Shown here in pieces: positions 50,461 through 61,179 of a stretch of 64,000 nucleotides of DNA. The first letter of the stretch is position 1, and every line of letters begins with the position of its first letter. The stretch lies in NCBI GenBank assembly GCA_963793245.1, contig CAWBZG010000002.1, positions 716,973-780,972 on the forward strand, given 5' to 3'. Source of the DNA: Rhodothermales bacterium (GTDB lineage: Bacteria > Bacteroidota > Rhodothermia > Rhodothermales > BA12). Under the pieces are notes generated by a model, which was not told the DNA's origin, made no database searches, and worked only from the letters and a program-made list of their open reading frames with translations. Made by a program: the position numbers and the translations under genes.

Positions 50461-51147
50461 TTATTTCCTCTTCGAGACCAAGCTGTGGAAGTCCGTCAGC
50501 GGCTGCACGTCGTGAGCAAACGCGAGGACGGCGTCGGTGAAGGCGGGCGATTGCAGATCGGCGTCGTCAACGGCACGCGAGACGGTAAACGACTTGAGTT
50601 TGATCAGGTCTGCATGGTCGCTGTCGGAATGGTCCTCGAACCCACGCGGCATGCGTTTGAGCGTGTCGGACGGGTCGAACGTCAGGCCGACGGCGCCCAA
50701 CTCGTCGACGAGCGCATCGGTCTGGTCAGGATGCTCGGCCAAACGCGTGCGGACGGCGCGCAGCAAGTCCTTCTCGGGCGACCACATACCGGATGCGAGA
50801 AAGCAACTGCCCGGTTCGACATGGACGTAGACGCCGCCGTACGCTTTCTTGTCGCCGGTCGGTGAGAGGTAGCAACTGGCGTTCGTCTTGTAAGGCGCCT
50901 TGTTGTTGCTGAACCGGGTGTCGCGGTAGATGCGAAAGACGTTTTTCTTGGGGTCGCCCTGGAGCGTCAGGCCCTCACTCTGAGCACGCGCCGACACATC
51001 GGAGATCAGGCACATCAGCGGCCACTTGACTTCGTCGTCGTACGTGTCTTTGCGCGGCTTGAACCACTCTCGATCGTTGTTCTCCTTGAGATCGCGCAGG
51101 AACTGGAGGCCATCGTCAGAAAAGCCAGGGAAAGGGGGGAGCAGCAT
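50461..51147 (-). CDS. DUF2461 (TIGR02453) family protein
   Basis: ATG at 51147 gives MLLPPFPGFSDDGLQFLRDLKENNDREWFKPRKDTYDDEV, the characteristic family N-terminus. Confidence 0.8.
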   Translation of the reverse strand: MLLPPFPGFSDDGLQFLRDLKENNDREWFKPRKDTYDDEVKWPLMCLISDVSARAQSEGLTLQGDPKKNVFRIYRDTRFSNNKAPYKTNASCYLSPTGDKKAYGGVYVHVEPGSCFLASGMWSPEKDLLRAVRTRLAEHPDQTDALVDELGAVGLTFDPSDTLKRMPRGFEDHSDSDHADLIKLKSFTVSRAVDDADLQSPAFTDAVLAFAHDVQPLTDFHSLVSKRK

Positions 51148-51218
51148 GAGACAGGCGAGTGGGTGAGCCAGGAAGCTAGTCGCTGGGAGTGGCGACGGTG
51201 TGTCACTGCTCCGACGCG

Positions 51219-51253
51219 GACCTGGCAGGTCGTAGGCGACCTGCCAGGTCTCC
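51219..51253 (+). repeat. intergenic palindromic element, family 1, copy B
   Basis: GACCTGGCAGGTCG-TAGG-CGACCTGCCAGGTC-TCC forms a perfect 14-bp stem with a 4-nt loop. It lies 66 nt downstream of the stop of the 51319..53278 gene. Confidence 0.65.
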
Positions 51254-51318
51254 AGATGCAAGACGGCGGACGCCCAACTTTCGCTGAGCGCCCGCCGTGG
51301 CGGAGAGACCGAAGTCGC

Positions 51319-53278
51319 TTAGCGGATCCGCACCACCTGGCGCGTGGCCGAGAAGGTCTCACCCTGAGCGCGAACGAAGTAGACGCCCGACGCCAGCGAC
51401 GCCCCGTCCAGACGCATCGAAACGCTACCGTCGACGGTCCCGCTCATCAGCGTGGCGACCTTGCGTCCGACAATGTTGTAGACGGCAACCGTCACGTCCT
51501 GCGCACGCGCGACGCTCAGAGTCGACGGCCGACTTCGCTGCGAAACCGGAGCGGAACCGACAGCACATTGCCGTTTGCCGAGATCGCAAGTTCGACGACA
51601 GGCGAGAACTCGAACGCGCCGTCAAGATCGACTTGCTTCAGGCGGAAGCGGTAGCTGCCATCGGCTAGTCCGGCGACACGGGAAGGGCGTAGCGACGCGC
51701 TTCCAGCGTAGTGCCTGCGCCGTGCACGAACTCGACGGGCACGAAACCTGCTCCGTTATCCATCTGGACTTCGAAGCCGGTGTTGTTCGTTTCGCTCGCC
51801 GTGGTCCAGCGCAGGTTGGCGGAAGCACCGTTGGCCGTCGCGGTGAAGGTGGTCAGTTCGACGGGGAGGCTGCCTCCGTCATCGTTACTCTGTCCTGGAG
51901 AGAAGGGGACGGAGTTGGTCACAATCGTCGTGTGCTTGACAAACGCCCCCGTAAGGTTGGGCGAGCGAGCGAGCGACTGGTTATCGTTCCCCTCGCCGCC
52001 GTAGGTAACAGTTGTTACTTCCGTCCCGTTGTCATCTGATAGGGTGATCGTGTCGCCAGTGTTGTTCAGACTGAGCAAGTTGGACGAAGCGGTGGCTGTT
52101 AGACCAGGTATATTGGTCGGTGTGCCGCCGCCGAAAACAGTTATTGACTGTCCAGCAGGAAGAGATGTGGCTGCATCAAAAATGTGACGTACGCTGCCTG
52201 CGTCTGATATGGTATAGCCGCTAATGTCAATGGCAGATGAGCCAGTATTTACGATTTCGACAAACTCGTCTTCATCCTCGTCTCTTGTTCCGTCTCCGTT
52301 TGCATCGCCTGCAGGATCAGCAGGATCTGCTAAGAACTCATTTATGACGAGCGGAGAAACCTCATCGTTTTGAATCGTGAGCGTGTATGAGTTGGGAAAA
52401 CCAGCAGCAGCGTCTGGTCCTCCAGTGACGTTCGAGATAGTCAAGACGAGGTCTTCATCTGGCTCTAAGTCGGTATCACCATTCACGGTGATAATGACGG
52501 TCTGATCATCCGAAGAGTTGGCCGGGAACGTGACGGATGTTGTGCTTACAGTAGCATCAGTGTTGTCTGACGCTCCGCTACGTGTGAGGGTGACGACGGT
52601 AGCTTGATTGCCTGGGTTGGTGATCTGCAAAACCGCGTTTACTGTCGACGTACCCATGTTACCTTCGGCCACAGTTGCTGACGCAGTTGAGAAAAACACG
52701 CGTGGATCAGTGGATGGAGGTGTTCCGGTAACCTTGAAGTTGTCCCAGCCACCGTAATCGTTGTTGTCTTGATCGACGCGCACCTGAAGAGATACAGTTC
52801 CAGTACCTCCTGGAACGGAGATTGAAATTGTGCCGCTAGCGTCTAGGTTACTGAATCCATCAACAAACTGTACTTCCGCTTGTGCGATTCCATCAAAGGT
52901 GGCGGTGTAGAACATATCGTCATTACTGTCGAACCCATCGACTTCATAATCGAAAGACATCGTAACGCCAGTGAATCCGGTGACGTCAACTGTCCCAAAA
53001 TCAAGAACAGCATCTTTGTCCGTGCGCGTGTTATCGGTGTTGTTGATGTCCTGCATCCCCCAATACGTGCTACCATCTGTAGGCATCGTTGTTAGGCCGC
53101 CAATCGTAGATGTCTGAGGATCAAAGATGTCATCGCTTTCTGTGAAAGTCCCCGCAGCTGGATCTGCGATAAAGCTCCAGTTACCTGACCCCTCAAAGCT
53201 CTGAGAGAATAGAGTAGTTTGCCCTAGAGCGACTGGAGCAAGGAGTAATGCGAAGAGGAATAGTAGCGTGAAGCGCAT
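51319..53278 (-). pseudogene. secreted Calx-beta + lamin-tail-domain (LTD) protein with T9SS-type C-terminal domain, two frame shifts in the 3' part as sequenced
   Basis: ATG at 53278 gives MRFTLLFLFALLLAPVALGQ. A Calx-beta-like block (VAEGNMGTSTV...DLEPDEDLVLTISNV) and an LTD (SPLVINEFLADPA...DEFVEIVNTGSSAIDISGYTISD) follow. After the in-frame stop at 51665 the sequence continues as LADGSYRFRLKQVDLDGAFEFSPVV, then in a third frame as ...DVTVAVYNIVGRKVATLMSG...GVYFVRAQGETFSATRQVVRIR*, with its stop at 51319-51321. Confidence 0.75.
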
Positions 53279-53486
53279 AAAATTGGAGATGATTGAGAGG
53301 CAAAGCCTCGATTCTTGTGACTGGTACAACCTATGAAACAAGATGCGACGCTCTTGTTAACCTCGCGGGTGGAAACCACGTTTAATCCACGCAGAGGCAA
53401 TTTGGGCGAGGCTGGTCCGGCAAAAGAAAAGCGTCCGGCTGCTAATGGGCAACACGGACGCTGAGTATAGACATGAGTGGTGCGAA

Positions 53487-53816
53487 TCAGCGGGGGTAGA
53501 CGAACCGCACGTTGACGACCGCGTCGCCGTCTCCGTCGGAGTCGATGGCGGTTACGTGCTTGACGCGTATGCCCGACTGCCGGACTTCGGGCTGATCGTG
53601 AAAGCTGGCGACGAGGGCTTTCGTGCCTTCGACGACCGATGCGTCGTGCTCGGTGTCTTCGACGACGGTGTCGACGCCTTCGTCGAACGAGAGGTCGAGG
53701 GTGGCGCGTTTGCCGCTTTTGCTCAGGTGCTCTTCGATCAGGCGCTCGATGCTGTTTTCGAGGTCGGTCTTTGCGCTTTCGAGTTTGAGGGCGGCAGCGG
53801 GGTCAGGGGTTTCCAT
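53487..53816 (-). CDS. small acidic hypothetical protein
   Basis: ATG at 53816 gives METPDPAAALKLESAKTDLENSIERLIEEHL... (109 aa). Codon usage is acceptable; no family recognised. Confidence 0.45.
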   Translation of the reverse strand: METPDPAAALKLESAKTDLENSIERLIEEHLSKSGKRATLDLSFDEGVDTVVEDTEHDASVVEGTKALVASFHDQPEVRQSGIRVKHVTAIDSDGDGDAVVNVRFVYPR

Positions 53817-54105
53817 AGGGAGGTCGAGTTGGAGTGAGGTAGGCAGGGCTAACGCGGATGCGGTCGGTCGGGGATTCGCCGTAGCCGGAACGTGACCGCT
53901 ACAGGGTGGCAAAGTGCAAATCGTCTGTTGAGCTTCGATCAATGGCAAGGGGAGTGTGCACACGTTGGGGAGAACCGGGGCGGTTTTCACTCGGGGCGCC
54001 GGGGCAGGTCCCTTACCTTTGTAGCGTATGTCTCCGCCTGCGCTATTGGTGCCGGGTTGCGGAGGTCTCTCCGCTCACGTCCAAGTCGCTGAACATCCGG
54101 TAGGT

Positions 54106-54978
54106 ATGGGAAAAGTCATTGCGGTCGCCAACCAGAAAGGCGGCGTCGGGAAGACGACGACGTCGGTCAACCTGGCCGCCTCGCTCGCCGCTGCCGAGCA
54201 TCCGACGTTGCTGATCGACTTCGACCCTCAGGCCAACTGCACGTCGGGCGTGGGTATCGAGCCGCGTGGCGTCGAAGCGTCGTCGTACGAACTGCTGATC
54301 GGACACGTGTCGGCGGACGAGGCGGCGATGCACACCAACTCGCCGTTTCTCGACCTCATCCCGTCGCACATCGACCTGGTCGGCGCCGAGATCGAGATGA
54401 TCGATGTGGCCGAGCGCGAGCACATTCTCAAAAACGCGCTCAAACGCGTCCGCCGCACCTACGACTTCGTCGTCATCGACTGCCCACCGAGTCTGGGTTT
54501 GCTGACGCTCAACGCGCTGACGGCCGCCGACAGCGTGCTCGTGCCGGTTCAGGCCGAATACTTCGCGCTGGAAGGTCTGGGGCAGTTGCTGAACACGATC
54601 AAGATGGTGCGCCAACACCTGAACGTCGATCTAGACATCGAAGGTGTCTTGCTGACGATGTTCGACAGCCGACTCCGCTTGTCGAATCAGGTGGCTGACG
54701 AGGTCAAGCGGTACTTCGGCGACAAGGTGTTCGACACGATTATCCAGCGCAACGTCCGCCTATCCGAGGCGCCTTCGTTCGGAATGCCCGTCCTCCTCTA
54801 CGACGCCAGTTCGCTCGGCGCGCGCAACTACATGGGCCTTGCCAAAGAGGTGCTGGCGAAAAATCAGCGCTACCTCGCCCGTCCCGACCAACCCGAGCCG
54901 CCGCGCGGTCCGCGTGCCTCGCGCATCAACCACACGGCTGCCGCATCCGACGTGCCCGCCGCCGAGTCCTCTTCCTAA
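54106..54978 (+). CDS. parA: chromosome partitioning ATPase ParA/Soj
   Basis: ATG at 54106 gives [28 protein letters not shown] (deviant Walker A). Also contains DCPPSLG and EAPSFG. Confidence 0.93.
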   Translation: MGKVIAVANQKGGVGKTTTSVNLAASLAAAEHPTLLIDFDPQANCTSGVGIEPRGVEASSYELLIGHVSADEAAMHTNSPFLDLIPSHIDLVGAEIEMIDVAEREHILKNALKRVRRTYDFVVIDCPPSLGLLTLNALTAADSVLVPVQAEYFALEGLGQLLNTIKMVRQHLNVDLDIEGVLLTMFDSRLRLSNQVADEVKRYFGDKVFDTIIQRNVRLSEAPSFGMPVLLYDASSLGARNYMGLAKEVLAKNQRYLARPDQPEPPRGPRASRINHTAAASDVPAAESSS

Positions 54979-55032
54979 CGTCCCCCATGCGCCGCGCTTG
55001 AGACCCGCCCGGTGCCTTGATTGTATACCGAC

Positions 55033-55986
55033 ATGGCTAAAACTGCAGCCCTGGGCCGCGGCCTGAGTGCCCTACTTCCCGCACAGAACGACGCGTCCGA
55101 CGAGGATGGCGGCAAAACCGGCGGACGCGGACGACTCTACGACTTCGAGGAGCGCGTGCGCTACCTGGGCCGCATCGCCGAGGTCGACGTGGACAACGTG
55201 CGCCCCAACCCGTACCAGCCGCGCCGCGATTTCGACGAGACGGCACTGGACGAACTCGCCGCGTCGATCGAGCAGCTGGGCATCATCCAGCCGATCACGG
55301 TTCGGGCGATGGACAGCGGTCAGTTCGAGGTCATCTCGGGCGAACGTCGCTTGCGTGCCGCTCGTCGCGCTGGTCTCAAGCGTGTCCCCGCCTACGTCCG
55401 CGAGGCCGACATCGAGGCGATGCTCGAAATGGCAATCGTCGAGAACGTCCAGCGCGAGGCGCTCAACCCCATCGAGATCGCCCTGGGCTACCAGCGGCTG
55501 ATCGAAGAGTGCGGCCTGAAGCAGGACGACGTCGCCCAGAAAGTCGGTAAGAACCGGACGACGATTGCCAACTTCCTGCGCCTGCTCAAACTCCCACCTC
55601 GCGGCCAGGCGATGCTGCGCGACGGCACGCTGACCGTCGGCCACGCAAGGGCGCTGATCAACATCGACGACGACAAAGTGCAGGATGAACTGCTGCGCCG
55701 GGTCGTCGACGAAGGTCTGTCGGTGAGGGAGATCGAGCAGATTGCTCGCGACGTGAAGGACGCCGCGCAGGAAGAAGCTGCCCCGCCGCCGCCTCCCGCG
55801 CCGCCCGCTCTGCCACTACGCGACAGTCTGCAACTCCAGCACTTCGCCGACCGCCTGCGCGGACGGTTCAGCACCCAGGTCAAGATCAAGCATAAGGGGG
55901 CCGATGGCGGGAAGATCGAAATCGCCTACTACAGCGAGGACGACTTGGAACGCCTGCTCGGACTCTTGGGGACGGGGGAGGAGTGA
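55033..55986 (+). CDS. parB: chromosome partitioning protein ParB/Spo0J
   Basis: ATG at 55033 gives MAKTAALGRGLSALLP. Contains NPYQPRRDF, GIIQPITVR, ISGERRLRAA and the HTH QDDVAQKVGKNRTTIANFLRLL. Confidence 0.93.
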   Translation: MAKTAALGRGLSALLPAQNDASDEDGGKTGGRGRLYDFEERVRYLGRIAEVDVDNVRPNPYQPRRDFDETALDELAASIEQLGIIQPITVRAMDSGQFEVISGERRLRAARRAGLKRVPAYVREADIEAMLEMAIVENVQREALNPIEIALGYQRLIEECGLKQDDVAQKVGKNRTTIANFLRLLKLPPRGQAMLRDGTLTVGHARALINIDDDKVQDELLRRVVDEGLSVREIEQIARDVKDAAQEEAAPPPPPAPPALPLRDSLQLQHFADRLRGRFSTQVKIKHKGADGGKIEIAYYSEDDLERLLGLLGTGEE

Positions 55987-56530
55987 GCAAATCAGGATCA
56001 GAAACTTCAAACGGTTCAAGGACACAACAGTCACTCTGTCTCCCTTCACAGTTCTGATGGGCGAGAACGGATCTGGCAAGACGACAATACTTCAGGCGCT
56101 AGCTTTATCTCTTAGGCTGTTTGATAAAACCGACCAAATTGTACTCGACACGCAGAATGGTGCAATCTCTTTCCGGGATAAGGGATATGCACTCCTCCAA
56201 CTCCCTGGCATATATACAGACAATCCAGCTGAACTGTTTTATGGTAAGTCGGCCCGAGGTGGTGCTAAGAGAGGATCCTCTAAGATAGAATTTGATCTGC
56301 GTGATATTAATGGAAATGTCTACAATATGGGTATTTCTACTAGGTTTGGCGCCTTTAATGTCAAAGCAAGTAAGGCATCGAGTACAATTAGTTCAAATCC
56401 CTTGCTGATAAATCGATCTCCATTGTACTTGGCGGGGTTCGTAGGGTTGCCTTCAGTAGAAGAGAGGCTATTTCCACTGGCTATTTTTGAAAGCAAAAAG
56501 CTGTCAGGTTTCGAAAATCTGAAAGCTTGA
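55983..56530 (+). pseudogene. remnant of an AAA/ABC-type (AAA_15/OLD-like) ATPase: Walker-A N-terminus only, low GC
   Basis: Reads ...IRIRNFKRFKDTTVTLSPFTVLMGENGSGKTTILQALALSL... and stops after about 180 codons, with no Walker B or signature motif. The only nearby start is GTG 55983, overlapping the parB stop (GTGA), and it is out of frame by one base at A-run 55989-55991. G+C is visibly much lower than the flanks. Confidence 0.65.
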
Positions 56531-56553
56531 GGTTTCGAAAACCTGACAGCTTT
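56497..56553. terminator. long hairpin between the ATPase remnant and the cyclophilin gene
   Basis: A perfect 15-bp stem: AAAGCTGTCAGGTTT (56497-56511) pairs with AAACCTGACAGCTTT (56539-56553). CGAAA/TTTCG extends it by 5 bp after a 1-nt bulge. The remnant's stop codon lies in the loop. Confidence 0.7.
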
Positions 56554-56572
56554 GAGTCGAAGCGCTGAACGA

Positions 56573-57070
56573 TCAGCCTTCTTCGTCGACCGTGACTGTA
56601 TTCATGCGGTCGCCCTGAGCGATGGCGTCGACCACATCGAGTCCGTCGACCACTTTGCCGAAGACGGTGTGGCGTCCGTTGAGGTGGGGCGTCGCGGTGT
56701 GGGTGATGAAGAACTGGCTGCCGTTGGTGTTCGGTCCGGCGTTCGCCATCGAGAGGACGCCGCGCTCATGGGTGAGCGGGTTCTGGTGGAACTCGTCCTT
56801 GAACTTGTAGCCCGGGCCGCCCATACCGGTCGCCGTCGGGTCGCCGCCCTGGATCATGAAGTCCTTGATCACGCGGTGGAAGGTGACGCCATCGTAGAAG
56901 CCGTCACGTGCGAGGACGACGAAGTTGTTGACCGTGTTGGGAGCGTGCTGCGGGTAGAGTTCGACCTTCATATCGCCTTTGTCGGTGCTGATCGTCGCGT
57001 GGTACGTCTGCGACGGGTCGATCTGCATGTCGGGGGCCTTGTCGTATTTCTTGGAGGGCATGGAAGCCAT
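56573..57070 (-). CDS. cyclophilin-type peptidyl-prolyl cis-trans isomerase
   Basis: ATG at 57070. The 165-aa product contains [31 protein letters not shown] and VFGKVVDG. Confidence 0.93.
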   Translation of the reverse strand: MASMPSKKYDKAPDMQIDPSQTYHATISTDKGDMKVELYPQHAPNTVNNFVVLARDGFYDGVTFHRVIKDFMIQGGDPTATGMGGPGYKFKDEFHQNPLTHERGVLSMANAGPNTNGSQFFITHTATPHLNGRHTVFGKVVDGLDVVDAIAQGDRMNTVTVDEEG

Positions 57071-57180
57071 AGTCGGGGAGAGGTTGGGTGATGAAAGTCG
57101 GTGGACTGTGGGAAGTGAGACGCGTCGGAAGCCTATTCGTGCCAACGCGTTTGTTCGGTTTCTCCAACAATTACGCCCTG

Positions 57181-57597
57181 ATGTCTCGCCGAACGACGAT
57201 CGCGCTGCCGCCAATGACACGCGGCTTCCACCTGATCACCCGTCCCATCGCCGATGCGCTCGCCAAGTTGGACCGCGTCGAATTCGGTGTCTTGCACGTG
57301 TTCATCCGGCATACGTCGGCGTCGCTCGCGCTCAACGAGAACGCCAGCCCGGATGTGCGCACGGATCTCGAAGCGTGGATGATCAGGGCTGCGCCGGACA
57401 GCGCCGACTATTTTCGCCACGTGGAGGAAGGGCCGGACGACATGAGCGCGCACGTCAAAAGTGTGCTGATCGGCCCGAGTCTGATGCTGCCCGTAAACGA
57501 TGGGCGGCTCGACCTGGGCACGTGGCAAGGGGTGTATCTCGGAGAGCACAGAGAACAGGCATCGTCGCGCCGGTTGACGTTGACGTTGCTGGGGTGA
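57181..57597 (+). CDS. yjbQ: YjbQ/UPF0047 family protein (secondary thiamine-phosphate synthase enzyme)
   Basis: ATG at 57181 gives [20 protein letters not shown]...[21 protein letters not shown]...[11 protein letters not shown]...[12 protein letters not shown]. Confidence 0.85.
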   Translation: MSRRTTIALPPMTRGFHLITRPIADALAKLDRVEFGVLHVFIRHTSASLALNENASPDVRTDLEAWMIRAAPDSADYFRHVEEGPDDMSAHVKSVLIGPSLMLPVNDGRLDLGTWQGVYLGEHREQASSRRLTLTLLG

Positions 57598-57606
57598 TCC
57601 ATCGCG

Positions 57607-57641
57607 GACCTGCCAGGTCGTGGGCGACCTGCCTAGTCTCC
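57607..57641 (+). repeat. intergenic palindromic element, family 1, copy C
   Basis: GACCTGCCAGGTCGTGGGCGACCTGCCTAGTCTCC. With its 3-nt GCG leader it differs from copy B at 4 of 38 positions. It sits between the convergent stops of yjbQ and glgB. Confidence 0.65.
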
Positions 57642-57644
57642 GGG

Positions 57645-59558
57645 TTAATCGCCGACGCGTTCCAGAATCAGGACGCCCAGCGGCGGCAGCGTGACGACGA
57701 GCGATGATGGGCGTCCGTGGTACGAGGCCGGATGCGTTTCCAGGTCGCCAAACGCGCCGATACCCGAGCCGCCGTATTTCCAGTCGTCAGACGAGAGGAC
57801 CTGGCGATAGGTACCCGGCTGCACCCCGATGCGGTAGTTCTCGCGCGTGACGGGCGTGAAGTTGAACGCGAAGATCAGTTCGCGCGGGTTGCCGTCGGCG
57901 TCGTGCCCTCTGCGTCGGTAGCCGGCGATGGAGCGGTCGGCGTCTCCTGCCTCGAACCACTCAAACCCAGCGGGCGATTCATCCCAAAGGGCAGGATGGT
58001 CGCGATAGAGGCCAAAGATGTCGCGCGTCCAGGCGGCGACTCCGGCGTGGGTCGGATCCTCCAAGTCGTGCCAGTCGAGTTGCTTGGACTCGGCCCACTC
58101 GGTCCGCTGGCCCCACTCCATGCCCATGAACAGCAGCTTCTTGCCGGGATGTCCGATCATGTGGCCGAAGAGCAGGCGCAAGTTGGCGGCTTTCTGCCAG
58201 TCGTCGCCGGGCATTTTCTCCCAGAGCGAGCCTTTGCCGTGGACGACCTCGTCGTGCGAGAGCGGCAGGGCGTAGTGCTCGCTCCACGCGTAGACGAGCG
58301 GAAACGTCAGGCTGTCGTAGTGCCACTTGCGGTTGACCGGCTCCTCGTCGAGGAATGCCAGCGTGTCGTGCATCCAGCCCATGTTCCACTTGTAGAGGAA
58401 GCCCAACCCGTCGTCGAACGTCGGCTTGGTGACGCCCGGCCAACTCGTCGACTCCTCGGCGATCATCAAGGCTTGCGGATGGCGTTTGTAGACCTCCTCG
58501 TTGACGGTCTTTAGAAACGCGATGGCTTCGAGGTGCTCGCGTCCGCCGTGGACGTTGGGCGCCCAGTCGTCGCCGCGTGAGTAGTCGCGGTAGAGCATCG
58601 AGGCGACGGCGTCGAATCGCAGGCCGTCGATGTGGAACTCCTCGAACCAGTAGAGGGCGTTGGAGACGAGGAAGTTGCGCACGCCGTTGCGTCCCCAGTC
58701 GTAAACGAACGTGCCCCAGTCGGGGTGATTCGCCATGCGCGGATCCTGATCTTCGTACAACGCCGATCCGTCGAAAAGCGAGAGCGCGTGCGGGTCGGTC
58801 GCGAAGTGCGCGGGCACCCAGTCGAGGATGACGCCCAGGCCGCGCGAGTGGAGGTAGTCGATCAGGAAGCGCAGATCGTCGGGCGAGCCGTAGCGGAACG
58901 TCGGCGCGTAATACCCGACGACCTGGTAGCCCCAGCTTCCGTAGTAGGGATGCTCCATGACAGGCATCAACTCGACGTGCGTGAAGCCGTATTCGAGCGC
59001 GTGGTCCGCCAGCGGCTGCGCGATGTCGCGGTACGTCGGCATCGACCCGTCCCACGGACGCCGCCAGCTGCCCAGGTGGACTTCGTAGATGCTGACGGGC
59101 CGATTCATGCCGGACGGACCCTGTCGCGAGTTCATCCACTCATCGTCGCTCCACTCAAACTCGCTCCGATTAGTGACGATGGCGGAGAGGCCGAGCGTTT
59201 TGTCGCCCTGCTCGTTGGGCGGCTCCATGCGCAGGGCATAGGGATCGGTTTTGTCCGCCGAGAATCCGCCGGGCGATCCGATGTGGTACTTGTAGCGCTG
59301 CCCGTCGTGCGCGCCGTCGACCCAGCCTTCCCACAGGCCCGATCCGCGTCGTTCGAGCGGGTGCGAGGCGCGGTCCCAGCCGTTCATGTCGCCGACGACC
59401 GAGACGTAGTCGGCGTTGGGCGCCCATACCGCGAAGCGCGCACCGCCTTCGGACGGGTGACAGCCCAGCACGTGCCACGCCGAGAAGTGGGCGCCCTGGT
59501 CCCAGTAGTAGAGGTCGTCGGACGAGAGGGCAGAGGCGCGGTCGGCCATAGGGAGCAA
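57645..59558 (-). CDS. glgB: 1,4-alpha-glucan branching enzyme
   Basis: 637 aa, GH13 family, with [41 protein letters not shown] and HDEVVHGK. Confidence 0.95.
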   Translation of the reverse strand: MLPMADRASALSSDDLYYWDQGAHFSAWHVLGCHPSEGGARFAVWAPNADYVSVVGDMNGWDRASHPLERRGSGLWEGWVDGAHDGQRYKYHIGSPGGFSADKTDPYALRMEPPNEQGDKTLGLSAIVTNRSEFEWSDDEWMNSRQGPSGMNRPVSIYEVHLGSWRRPWDGSMPTYRDIAQPLADHALEYGFTHVELMPVMEHPYYGSWGYQVVGYYAPTFRYGSPDDLRFLIDYLHSRGLGVILDWVPAHFATDPHALSLFDGSALYEDQDPRMANHPDWGTFVYDWGRNGVRNFLVSNALYWFEEFHIDGLRFDAVASMLYRDYSRGDDWAPNVHGGREHLEAIAFLKTVNEEVYKRHPQALMIAEESTSWPGVTKPTFDDGLGFLYKWNMGWMHDTLAFLDEEPVNRKWHYDSLTFPLVYAWSEHYALPLSHDEVVHGKGSLWEKMPGDDWQKAANLRLLFGHMIGHPGKKLLFMGMEWGQRTEWAESKQLDWHDLEDPTHAGVAAWTRDIFGLYRDHPALWDESPAGFEWFEAGDADRSIAGYRRRGHDADGNPRELIFAFNFTPVTRENYRIGVQPGTYRQVLSSDDWKYGGSGIGAFGDLETHPASYHGRPSSLVVTLPPLGVLILERVGD

Positions 59559-59817
59559 GAGGAATCGGGAGAGTAAACGCGTCGGGGTGTGCTGAGCATG
59601 TTGACCTCTATCTCAGCGTCGTTCCAGACGTGATCTGGGACCCAGAAGATGGATAAGAATCACACAGTCCCAAACGCCTTAGTCCCGGCTCGGGGGCCGG
59701 GACGACGGAATCGTGAGGGGTGTAGCCGCCTGTCACACGTGCACCGCCGCTGATCGGTGCCGCGACGATCTTCCTAACCCGCTATTTTAACCCTGCCTTC
59801 CCATCCGCCCTGTCTCG

Positions 59818-61176
59818 ATGCGCCGTCTCCTTACTCTTATCCTGCTTCTGATCGTCGCTCCTGCGTCAGCACAGATGGCCGTTGCTCCGGCGCCACCTGC
59901 CGTAGACGTGCGGCTCTACGACATCGTACAGGCGGCGTCGCCCGAGCGGGTGGAAGCCGACATCCGTATGCTCGCCGGGTTCGGCACGCGGTCGACGATG
60001 AGCGATACCGTCAGCACGACGCGCGGCATCGGAGCAGCGCGGCGGTGGATACGGGCTGAGTTTGAGCGGATCAGCGCCGATTGCGGTGGATGCCTCGAAG
60101 TATTCGAGCAGCGCACCCTCGTTCCAGCAGGCGGACGCATTCCGACCGATACCTACGTCGTCAACATCATCGCCATCCAGCGTGGCACCAATCAGCCCAA
60201 CCGCTATGTGATGATGAGCGGCGACATCGACAGCCGCCCATCAAATGGATCGGACGGCGAGACTGCCGCGCCCGGTGCCAACGATAACGCCAGCGGAATG
60301 GCCGGTGCCATCGAAGCCGCGCGCATCTTGAGCCACTATCAGTTCGGCAAGAGCATCGTCTACGCCGGGTTGAGTGGCGAGGAGCAAGGTCTGTACGGCG
60401 GTCAGCACTTGGCAGCGATGGCCGACTCACTCGGCTGGGAGATCGAAGCCGTCCTCAACAACGATATGATCGGCAACACGTGCGGCATCAATGGGACGTG
60501 CAACAACCGCTCGTTTCGCATCTTCAGTGAGCCGGTCGACGTGACGCAATCCGAACGCGCCGCCCAGATGCGCCGATTCTACGGCGGAGAAGTCGACGGC
60601 CCCTCGCGCCAACTCGCTCGCTACGTCCACGACCTGACGACCGATTACGCGCCGCTGATGGAGCCTAAGATGATCTATCGTCTCGACCGCTTCGGACGCG
60701 GCGGACACCATCGCCCGTTCAACGACGCTGGTTTCCCCGCCGTGCGCCTGATGGAGACCAACGAGCACTACGACCGGCAGCACCAGGACATCCGTATGGA
60801 AGGCGACCGGCACTACGGCGACACCATCGACTTTGTCGACTTCGTCTACGCTGCGAGGATGACCGGCATCAACGCCCTGGCCTTGGCCGGACTCGCCTGG
60901 GCGCCCGATCCACCCTCGAACGTCCGCATTGGCGGCGCCGTTGCCCCCAGCACGCGCCTAACGTGGGAGGCGTCGCAAAGCAGCGACTTGGCAGGCTACT
61001 GGTTGGTCTGGCGCGACACCACCTCACCCGTTTGGCAGCACCGCCGCTGGGTCGGAATGGCGACCGACTGGACGCTCGAAAACGTCGTGATCGACAACTA
61101 CCTGTTCGGCGTCGAGGCCGTCAGCACAAGCGGCGCGCGGAGCGTCGTGGCCTACCCGGGCGGGCTGATCCGGTGA
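59818..61176 (+). CDS. secreted M28-family metallopeptidase with C-terminal FN3-like domain
   Basis: Signal peptide MRRLLTLILLLIVAPASAQ. Contains PGANDNASGMAGAIEAARIL and LSGEEQGLYGG. The C-terminus PPSNVRIG...LTWEAS...GYWLVWRD is FN3-like. Confidence 0.85.
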   Translation: MRRLLTLILLLIVAPASAQMAVAPAPPAVDVRLYDIVQAASPERVEADIRMLAGFGTRSTMSDTVSTTRGIGAARRWIRAEFERISADCGGCLEVFEQRTLVPAGGRIPTDTYVVNIIAIQRGTNQPNRYVMMSGDIDSRPSNGSDGETAAPGANDNASGMAGAIEAARILSHYQFGKSIVYAGLSGEEQGLYGGQHLAAMADSLGWEIEAVLNNDMIGNTCGINGTCNNRSFRIFSEPVDVTQSERAAQMRRFYGGEVDGPSRQLARYVHDLTTDYAPLMEPKMIYRLDRFGRGGHHRPFNDAGFPAVRLMETNEHYDRQHQDIRMEGDRHYGDTIDFVDFVYAARMTGINALALAGLAWAPDPPSNVRIGGAVAPSTRLTWEASQSSDLAGYWLVWRDTTSPVWQHRRWVGMATDWTLENVVIDNYLFGVEAVSTSGARSVVAYPGGLIR

Positions 61177-61179
61177 GCG

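Noticed and set aside
53817-54105. Possible replication origin next to parAB
   Set aside because: I found no cluster of TTATCCACA-like DnaA boxes and no AT-rich unwinding element, only isolated 7-of-9 matches near 53385 and 59650. No dnaA or dnaN gene is in the window.
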